A stretch of DNA of 32,761 nucleotides from a virus. Taxonomy: Duplodnaviria > Caudoviricetes. This document shows, in pieces, positions 25,780 through 32,761 of the stretch. Made by a program: the position numbers and the translations under genes. Every line of letters starts with the position of its first letter. The first letter of the stretch is position 1. The stretch lies in IMG/VR virus record IMGVR_UViG_3300017778_005394, positions 1-32,761 of that record; one strand, given 5' to 3'. Under the pieces are notes generated by a model. That model was not told where the DNA came from, made no database searches, and worked only from the letters and a program-made list of their open reading frames with translations.

Positions 25780-27540
25780 ATGACGTGGAAAAAATTCTTC
25801 AAAGTAGCTGACACAACTGGTCAGATGAGTCCAATTAGTGGCGCATTGACCAATGGCAATTCCAACTATGCTGCGCAGACTGAGTTTGCTTTTCGCAACT
25901 ATGCCAGCAGATTACCCGAAGTGTACACTGGTCACCCCAATCGCATTGAGCGTTATAATCAATATGAAAACATGGATTCTGACAGTGAAATCAATGCATG
26001 TTTGGATATCATCAGTGAATTTTCCACACAGCTCAACGAACACAACGACACACCATTTGAAATAAAATTCAAAGATAAACCCACAGATCACGAAGTAGAA
26101 ATTATCAAAAAACAGTTGCAGCAATGGGTCAAGCTCAATAAGTTAGATCAACGTATCTTTAAACTGTTCCGTAATTCCATCAAATACGGTGATCAAGTGT
26201 TTGTGAGAGATCCAGAAACGTTTGAAATGTACTGGGTTGAGATGACCAAAGTGTCACGGGTAATTGTCAATGAAAGCGAAGGCAAACGTCCCGAGCAATA
26301 TATTATCAGGGATATTAATCCTAACTTTCAAAGCATGACCATTGCGCAAAAGACTGCGCAAGATTACATGGTGAATCCGCCCACCGGTGGATCACAAACA
26401 AACTTATCTTACACACAGCCCAATCAAGGTGGAGCTGGTGGTGGTGGCAGCAGATTTAGCCGGGCCATGAATGAAAGTTGTTTGGATGCCAAGCACATTG
26501 TACACATCAGCTTGAACGAAGGCTTAGATCCGTTTTGGCCATTTGGGCAGAGTGTGTTGGAAAACATTTTCAAAGTTTTCAAACAAAAAGAATTACTGGA
26601 AGACTCGATCTTGATCTATCGTGTGCAACGTGCACCAGAACGTAGAATCTTCAAGATTGATGTGGGCAACATGCCATCGCACATGGCCATGGCCTTTGTG
26701 GAACGGGTAAAAAACGAAATGCATCAGCGCAGGATTCCCACAGTACAAGGTGGCGGCGGCAACATGATGGATTCCAGTTATAATCCACTCAGTGTTGGCG
26801 AAGATTACTTCTTCCCACAGACTGCTGACGGTCGTGGATCCACAGTCGATACTTTGCCTGGCGGTCAAAACCTAGGCGAAATTGACGATTTAAAATACTT
26901 CAACAACAAGATGGCCCGCGGTCTATGTGTGCCCAGCAGCTATTTGCCCACAGGGCCGGATGACTCAGATCGTGCAATGAACGACGGTAAAGTAGGTACT
27001 GCACTGATTCAAGAGTACAGATTTAATCAATATTGCGAACGGTTACAGGCGCTGATCTGCCAGAAACTTGACGACGAATTCAAGATGTTTTTGACCTGGC
27101 GCGGATTTAACATTGACAGTGGCTTGTTTGACATCAAGTTTAATCCACCGCAGAATTTTGCCAGTTATCGCCAGAGTGAGTTGGACACAGTACGTATCAG
27201 TGCGTTTACATCAGTGGAGCCGCTGCCGTACCTAAGCAAACGTTTTCTTATGAAACGCTATCTTGGGCTCACCGAAGAAGAGATTTCAGAAAATGCAAAA
27301 CTCTGGAAAGAAGAACGCAGCAAGCCTGAACTTGAAACATCGCAGGGGCAAGATTTGCGCAGTATTGGAGTTACTCCAGCAGGCATGGAATCTGACATTA
27401 CCACTGGTGAAGAACTAGCAGGTATTGATCAACCGGGTGGGGCACCAGGCGAAGCCGGGGGTATACCTACCACAGCCGGAGCACCAATGTCAGCAGCAGC
27501 CCCAGGTGGAGCACCAGCAACTCCGGGCGGCAGCGTATAA
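25780..27540 (+). CDS. Portal protein, T4 gp20-like
   Basis: LLEDSILIYRVQRAPERRIFKIDVGNMP, EDYFFP, TLPGGQNLGEIDD and YF..K motifs. Start placed at ATG 25780, after TAAATA (25767-72). Confidence 0.95.
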   Translation: MTWKKFFKVADTTGQMSPISGALTNGNSNYAAQTEFAFRNYASRLPEVYTGHPNRIERYNQYENMDSDSEINACLDIISEFSTQLNEHNDTPFEIKFKDKPTDHEVEIIKKQLQQWVKLNKLDQRIFKLFRNSIKYGDQVFVRDPETFEMYWVEMTKVSRVIVNESEGKRPEQYIIRDINPNFQSMTIAQKTAQDYMVNPPTGGSQTNLSYTQPNQGGAGGGGSRFSRAMNESCLDAKHIVHISLNEGLDPFWPFGQSVLENIFKVFKQKELLEDSILIYRVQRAPERRIFKIDVGNMPSHMAMAFVERVKNEMHQRRIPTVQGGGGNMMDSSYNPLSVGEDYFFPQTADGRGSTVDTLPGGQNLGEIDDLKYFNNKMARGLCVPSSYLPTGPDDSDRAMNDGKVGTALIQEYRFNQYCERLQALICQKLDDEFKMFLTWRGFNIDSGLFDIKFNPPQNFASYRQSELDTVRISAFTSVEPLPYLSKRFLMKRYLGLTEEEISENAKLWKEERSKPELETSQGQDLRSIGVTPAGMESDITTGEELAGIDQPGGAPGEAGGIPTTAGAPMSAAAPGGAPATPGGSV

Positions 27541-27543
27541 ATA
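27536..27543 (+). promoter_or_regulatory. T4-type late promoter TATAAATA
   Basis: Exact consensus overlapping the portal stop codon, 4 nt before the next ATG. Confidence 0.7.
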
Positions 27544-27547
27544 CAGT

Positions 27548-27766
27548 ATGATCCTTAACGAGTTATATCAGCGTTCGCCAGAAGCTTTCCAAGACATTGC
27601 ACAAGACAACAGTGCTCCTCGTCTTGGAAACCTGCGCAAAACTCGTTTGACCCTCAAGCAACTCAATAAGCTGAGAAAAATGAATGATTTGAGAAAATAT
27701 GAATTTGAACAAAGTCTCAAAGATATTCGTGCTCAATATGCTCCTCCAGCACAACCAATGATGTAA
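27548..27766 (+). CDS. Small basic head-module protein
   Basis: 72 aa from ATG 27548 (MILNELY...RKTRLTLKQLNKLRKM...QY), between the portal and scaffold genes. Confidence 0.7.
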   Translation: MILNELYQRSPEAFQDIAQDNSAPRLGNLRKTRLTLKQLNKLRKMNDLRKYEFEQSLKDIRAQYAPPAQPMM

Positions 27767-27907
27767 TTTAAAAATTTTGTAAAAATTACAATTTTTTTAC
27801 AAAAAACCACCATAACCCGGTTATATTCTAATTCTTTTGTAAATATATCTATACATTTGCCCGTAATGGGGACAAATGAAACCTAACCCCATGAGGAGCT
27901 AATACAA

Positions 27908-28738
27908 ATGAGTAAAAATTTCGAACAACTGATTGAATTTGTGATCAACGACGAGGAAGATAAAGCCCGTGAATTATTTCATGACATTGTAGTGGCAAAA
28001 TCACGCCAGATCTACGAAGAAATGATGGATGACGAAGAAGTAGTCGAATCAGCCGAAGACGACGAAGAAATGATGGAAGCTGACGCAGCCGACGAAGAAG
28101 AAGAAGTCGAAGAGTCCATGGGCGGCGACGCTGCAGACGACTTAATTGACGATGTTGAAATGGAAGAAGAAGGTATGTCCATGGAAGGCGAAGGCGACGA
28201 CATGAGTGACGAAGGTGGCGCTGATGTTGAAAACAAGCTAATGGATATTGAAGATAAGCTGGATGAACTTATGTCTGAATTTGAAGCTCTCATGAGTGGT
28301 GACGACATGGGTGGTGACGATATGGGCGACGACATGGGCATGGATGACATGGGCGACGAAGAAACTCTTGACGTTGAACTTGACAGCGAAGACGGCATGG
28401 GCGACGACATGGGCATGGATGACATGGGCGACGAAGAAGAAGACATGATGGAAGCTGTCAGTCTCAAAGCAGCACCAAAGCCAACCACTTCAGAAGAAGG
28501 TGGCATCAATAAGAAAGCTGTGTATGCAGCAAATAGTGGTGCAGCAGGAATGGCAGCAAGGCCAGTTTCAGCAACTGGAACAGAAGCAAAAGGTCGTCCA
28601 GCTCCTACAACCAAGGATCTAATCAGTGACGTACAAAATGCTCCTGCTCGTTCAGGGATCAAACTAAGCCCAGCTACCAAGCCACACCTGGCACAAGCCA
28701 CTGGTGTTAATACCAAAAGCCCGGTTGGCAAGGCTTAA
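27908..28738 (+). CDS. Highly acidic prohead core/scaffold-like protein
   Basis: D/E/M/G-rich 276 aa with a basic C-terminus, GAGGAG RBS, upstream of the prohead protease. Confidence 0.65.
   Translation: MSKNFEQLIEFVINDEEDKARELFHDIVVAKSRQIYEEMMDDEEVVESAEDDEEMMEADAADEEEEVEESMGGDAADDLIDDVEMEEEGMSMEGEGDDMSDEGGADVENKLMDIEDKLDELMSEFEALMSGDDMGGDDMGDDMGMDDMGDEETLDVELDSEDGMGDDMGMDDMGDEEEDMMEAVSLKAAPKPTTSEEGGINKKAVYAANSGAAGMAARPVSATGTEAKGRPAPTTKDLISDVQNAPARSGIKLSPATKPHLAQATGVNTKSPVGKA
28322..28438. repeat. 42-bp exact direct repeat encoding MGDDMGMDDMGDEE
   Basis: 28322-28363 is identical to 28397-28438. Confidence 0.9.
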
Positions 28739-28744
28739 TAAATT

Positions 28745-29383
28745 GTGAGCAAATACCTTAGAGAACATCTAAACTTTAACCAGGCCCAAATTGAGCTGAT
28801 CAATGAAGACGCTCCAGATGGGTCTGGCAAAAGTCTCTACATGAAGGGTATCTGCATCCAAGGTAATCAGCGCAACGCCAATGAAAGAGTTTATCCAACA
28901 CGTGAAATTGCTCGTGCAGTCGGTACAATCAACGAGCAAATTAAGAATGGACAAAGCGTGTTGGGCGAAGTTGATCATCCAGATGATTTAAAAGTTAACT
29001 TAGATCGCGTGAGTCACATGATTCAAAACATGTGGATGGATGGCGATGACGGATACGGAAAATTAAAGATATTACCCACACCCATGGGACAACTGGTTAA
29101 AACTATGTTGGACGCAGGTGTGAAATTAGGCGTTAGCAGCCGCGGAAGCGGAAATGTTAACGATCACACAGGACATGTCAGTGATTTTGAAATTGTCACT
29201 GTTGATGTAGTTGCCCAACCCAGCGCACCCAATGCATACCCCACGGCAGTCTATGAAGGTCTCATGAATATGAAGTACGGACATAGAGTGTTGGAGATTG
29301 CAAAAGAAGCTGGGTCGGACGACAAAGTACAGAGATATTTGAAACAGGAAATCAAACGCCTGATCAAAGATCTCAAGATTTAG
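28745..29383 (+). CDS. Prohead protease, T4 gp21-like
   Basis: N.N.RVY, LGEVDHP, VSH, LGVSSRGSG and DVVAQPSAPNA motifs. Confidence 0.95.
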   Translation: MSKYLREHLNFNQAQIELINEDAPDGSGKSLYMKGICIQGNQRNANERVYPTREIARAVGTINEQIKNGQSVLGEVDHPDDLKVNLDRVSHMIQNMWMDGDDGYGKLKILPTPMGQLVKTMLDAGVKLGVSSRGSGNVNDHTGHVSDFEIVTVDVVAQPSAPNAYPTAVYEGLMNMKYGHRVLEIAKEAGSDDKVQRYLKQEIKRLIKDLKI

Positions 29384-29395
29384 GAGAATCTACTA

Positions 29396-30481
29396 ATGTT
29401 AGATGCCATCAAACCATTACTAGATAGCGGCCTGATCAATGAAGATGTCAGCAAAGAACTCAACGAAGCTTGGGAATCAAAGCTGTCAGAAGCCAAAGAA
29501 CAGGTACGTGCAGAACTCCGCGAGGAATTTGCACAACGCTATGAACACGATAAATCCGTGATGGTTGAAGCCCTAGATCGCATGGTAACCGAAGGTCTAC
29601 AAACAGAGATCGCTGCTGTGTCTGCTGAAAAGCAAGCACTGGCAGAGGATCGTGTCAAGTTCCAAGGCAAGATGAAGGAGTCAGCTACAAAGTTCAACAA
29701 CTTTATGGTGACAAAACTTGCTGAAGAAATTGGTGAACTGCGTAAAGACCGCAAGACTCACAACGAAAGCCTAGAAAAACTAGAAAACTTCGTTGTTCGT
29801 GCTCTTGCAAATGAAATCACCGAGTTTGCACAGGACAAGAAGAAAGTTGTGGAAACACAAGTTCGCTTGGTTCGTGACGCTCGTGTGAAGCTTGAATCAC
29901 TCAAAACAAGATTTGTCAAAGAATCTTCAGAGAAAATGACTCAGGCCATTACCAAGCATCTCAAGGCCGAACTACACCAATTGCGTGAAGACATCAAACT
30001 TGCTCGTGAGAACAATTTTGGTCGTCGTATTTTTGAAGCCTACGCAGCAGAATTTGGAGCAACTCATCTCAATGAGAACGCTGAAGTACGTAAGTTAAAC
30101 AGTGTAATCGCCGAGAAGAATTCCAAGCTCGCCAAGGCAGTACAGATTGCTGAACAGGCCCGTGTGGTCGTCGAAAGCAAAAATAGAGAGATTCGTCGTA
30201 TTCAGGAAAGCAACGAACGTGAAAGCGTTATGAGCGACCTGCTTGCTCCTCTCAACAAAGAGAAACAAGAAATTATGAAGAATCTGCTTGAAAGCGTACA
30301 GACACCTCGTCTGAAAAATGCTTTTGAAAAATATCTACCAGCGGTACTTGAAAACCGTTCTGTAAAAACTCAAAAGGTAATTACAGAAAGTGTTAGCGAA
30401 GTAACTGGTAATAAGCAAGTTTCAGCTCAAGATGACAATCGCAGCAATGTAATTGACATCAAGAGACTGGCTGGGCTATAA
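29396..30481 (+). CDS. Prohead core scaffold protein, gp22-like
   Basis: Coiled-coil 361 aa between the protease and major capsid genes, with AGGAG RBS. Confidence 0.8.
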   Translation: MLDAIKPLLDSGLINEDVSKELNEAWESKLSEAKEQVRAELREEFAQRYEHDKSVMVEALDRMVTEGLQTEIAAVSAEKQALAEDRVKFQGKMKESATKFNNFMVTKLAEEIGELRKDRKTHNESLEKLENFVVRALANEITEFAQDKKKVVETQVRLVRDARVKLESLKTRFVKESSEKMTQAITKHLKAELHQLREDIKLARENNFGRRIFEAYAAEFGATHLNENAEVRKLNSVIAEKNSKLAKAVQIAEQARVVVESKNREIRRIQESNERESVMSDLLAPLNKEKQEIMKNLLESVQTPRLKNAFEKYLPAVLENRSVKTQKVITESVSEVTGNKQVSAQDDNRSNVIDIKRLAGL

Positions 30482-30500
30482 GAAATATAAGGAGACTTAA

Positions 30501-31712
30501 ATGTCACAAGAATTACTCGAAAGCCGCTGGGACGAAACCAAAGACGCTCTCATGGAAGGCCTCAAAGGTTCACGTCGTAGCACAATGGGTGTTATTCTCG
30601 AAAACACTCGTAGGTATTTGAAAGAAAATGCAACTGCCGGCAGCACAGCCGCTGGTAACGTTGCAACACTGAATCGCGTCATTCTGCCGGTTATCCGTCG
30701 TGTGATGCCAACAGTTATTGCCAACGAACTGGTTGGCGTTCAGCCAATGACCGGTCCAGTTGGTCAGATTCACACTCTGCGTGTTCGCTATGCAAGCTCA
30801 ATGACTGACGGTTCTGCTGCTGCAACCTCAACAGTTGCTGGCGACGAAGCACTGTCACCATTCAAGATTGCAACAGCTTACTCTTCAGCAACCACAGTAT
30901 CTAGCGGTGTTCCTGGTGCAACCCAGTCACGTTACACTGGTGCTGACACTTCGGTTATGGAAGGTTCTGGTGGTCGTAACATCAGCGTTCAAATCTTGAA
31001 GCAAGCCGTTGAAGCTAAAACACGTAAGTTGCAAGCTCGCTGGACTTTTGAAGCAGCTCAAGACGCACAAGCAATGCACGGCATTGATGTAGAAGCAGAA
31101 ATCATGGCAGCTTTGGCTCAAGAAATTACAGCTGAAATTGACCAAGAAATTCTGTTGAGCCTGCGCACTCTTGCTGCAACTGAGTTTACATACAACCAAG
31201 CTACTGTATCTGGTACAGCTACATTCGTTGGTGACGAACACGCCGCTTTGGCAGTTCTGATCAACCGTGTTGCTAACTTGATCGCTCAGCGTACACGTCG
31301 TGGCGCTGGTAACTGGGCTGTTGTTTCTTCAGCAGCATTGACTGTTCTGCAGTCAGCAACAACTTCAGCTTTTGCACGTACCACTGAAGGTACATTTGAA
31401 GCACCTACCAACACCAAGTTTGTTGGTACACTGAACGGCGCAATGCGTGTGTTTGTTGACAGCTATGCTGCTGACACTACACCTGTGCTGGTTGGTTACA
31501 AAGGTTCTTCAGAAGCAGATGCAGCAGCATTCTACTGCCCATACATTCCTTTAATGTCAAGCGGTGTTGTTCTGGATCCAACAACATTCGAACCAGTCGT
31601 GTCATTTATGACTCGTTATGGTTACATCGAACTTACTAACACAGCAAGCAGCTTCGGTAACGCAGCTGACTATCTGGGTGAGATCGCTGTTTCGAACCTG
31701 TCGTTCTCCTAA
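30501..31712 (+). CDS. Major capsid protein, T4 gp23-like
   Basis: VGVQPMTGPVGQI, KTRKLQARWT.E.AQD....HG.D.E.E, FYCPYIPL and F.P....MTRYG motifs. Confidence 0.97.
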   Translation: MSQELLESRWDETKDALMEGLKGSRRSTMGVILENTRRYLKENATAGSTAAGNVATLNRVILPVIRRVMPTVIANELVGVQPMTGPVGQIHTLRVRYASSMTDGSAAATSTVAGDEALSPFKIATAYSSATTVSSGVPGATQSRYTGADTSVMEGSGGRNISVQILKQAVEAKTRKLQARWTFEAAQDAQAMHGIDVEAEIMAALAQEITAEIDQEILLSLRTLAATEFTYNQATVSGTATFVGDEHAALAVLINRVANLIAQRTRRGAGNWAVVSSAALTVLQSATTSAFARTTEGTFEAPTNTKFVGTLNGAMRVFVDSYAADTTPVLVGYKGSSEADAAAFYCPYIPLMSSGVVLDPTTFEPVVSFMTRYGYIELTNTASSFGNAADYLGEIAVSNLSFS

Positions 31713-31731
31713 TCAGAGAGCAATCCAAATC

Positions 31732-31757
31732 AAAAAAGCCCCGCAAGGGGCTTTTTT
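31732..31757. terminator. Bidirectional intrinsic terminator
   Basis: AAAAAA-GCCCC-GCAA-GGGGC-TTTTTT between the convergent capsid gene and the 31763 ORF. Confidence 0.92.
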
Positions 31758-31762
31758 GTTGA

Positions 31763-32635
31763 CTACGTTATAGAAATGCTTTTGACTGTTTGATGTTGAT
31801 CAATCATTTGCATGATGACATCGCGTGGTTGATGTTGACGTAGTTTGGCCACTGTGATAGCACCCAGTGCCAGCCTTGGGTCATGTTTCTTATAACCTAA
31901 GTTTGAAAACATCTCTGCGTTTTGATCAAAATATTCCCAGATCTGATCTTCAACTTGATCAAAGTATTCTTTGGCATGAGTAGTGAATCTCACAGTGAAA
32001 TCAAAAGAGAACCAATGTTGTGGTTTAAATGCATCATGTGAGATATAACGATCATTGTCGTGCCACAAATTATACAACGGCTTACCAATCTCACAATAGT
32101 TTAATCTAAGATCACCCCATTCTTCACCAAGGGTAAAATGTTTAAAGTCTGTGTTTTGTATGGGTTGTCTTTTGGGCTTGTCTCTCCAAGTCATTACAAA
32201 TCTTGGAATACCATCAAGGCTTTCGTAACGATGTATCCAAATGTTTAGATCTCCCAAGGCCTGCTGTACTTCTGGAGGAGAGTTGGAGTAAAACTCATTT
32301 GATGTTTGTTGATCATACAATCCATGATAACGCTCAAAGATATTGTGCAAGTAGTTGAGTTCATCTTGAGAGATGCTGGAAGATTCGGGTACAACAATCA
32401 AACCTGGACTGTGTGCATTGATGATTTCACACAATTGCTGTATTTGTTTGGCAGTGGTTTCTTGATTCCAAATAGTATTTGGAAAATTATAAAATCGTTG
32501 AGAATCGTCCCAGGGCTGATTGTGTTGTATAAACGTATTGACTTCTTGGAGCCAGCGATGAGCTATTGGGATATCTACTAGATCAAAATACAACTCATAA
32601 TCACTGTTGTGATTTGTTAATGTAAGAGTAATCAT
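31763..32635 (-). CDS. Hypothetical protein
   Basis: 290-aa ORF with LNYLH..FE, LN..IH..E and L.Y..IGK segments. No function recognised. Confidence 0.7.
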   Translation of the reverse strand: MITLTLTNHNSDYELYFDLVDIPIAHRWLQEVNTFIQHNQPWDDSQRFYNFPNTIWNQETTAKQIQQLCEIINAHSPGLIVVPESSSISQDELNYLHNIFERYHGLYDQQTSNEFYSNSPPEVQQALGDLNIWIHRYESLDGIPRFVMTWRDKPKRQPIQNTDFKHFTLGEEWGDLRLNYCEIGKPLYNLWHDNDRYISHDAFKPQHWFSFDFTVRFTTHAKEYFDQVEDQIWEYFDQNAEMFSNLGYKKHDPRLALGAITVAKLRQHQPRDVIMQMIDQHQTVKSISIT

Positions 32636-32672
32636 AGGTATAGTTATTGTACTATAAAAATATCAAAATGTC

Positions 32673-32680
32673 TATAAATA
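32673..32680 (+). promoter_or_regulatory. T4-type late promoter TATAAATA
   Basis: Exact consensus followed by a structured leader and an AAGGAG RBS (32755-60) for a gene beyond the window. Confidence 0.7.
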
Positions 32681-32761
32681 TACTGTCCGCAATAATGCGG
32701 CTTATGCGGTATTAACCCACCGCGTAGTGGTTAGAACCCACATCGGACTTCTTTAAGGAGA

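Noticed and set aside
28300-28440. GACGACATGGGC repeats as a DNA-level element
   Set aside because: Fully explained by the DDMG peptide repeats in the acidic protein.
28012-28731. 239-aa antisense ORF
   Set aside because: Ser/Pro-rich shadow of the acidic scaffold gene's codon pattern. The other short antisense and nested ORFs in the track were rejected for the same reason.

Overview
A 32.8 kb segment of a large T4-like (myovirus-type) phage genome, read in the standard genetic code. From the left it holds a minus-strand baseplate module (partial large wedge gene, gp6-, gp25-, gp5/VgrG-, hub-, gp53- and gp48/54-like genes). Next come a late sigma factor (gp55-like), the gp47/gp46 (Mre11/Rad50-like) recombination pair, accessory genes and a short GIY-YIG nuclease. 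A minus-strand accessory cassette, a gp26/gp51-like chaperone pair and a tape-measure-like gene follow. The head module (portal, scaffold, protease, core, major capsid) closes the window. The most notable signal is a ~360-400 nt ORF-free, densely base-paired, pseudoknotted candidate RNA that starts at the stop codon of the minimal GIY-YIG nuclease. Other notable signals are a likely -1 frameshift fusing the gp26- and gp51-like ORFs, a hub gene apparently split into two genes sharing a duplicated segment, a protein with the same 40-aa module at both ends, and an ATE/Bpt-like aminoacyl-transferase cassette. Family calls rest on motif recognition and synteny, not on database searches.
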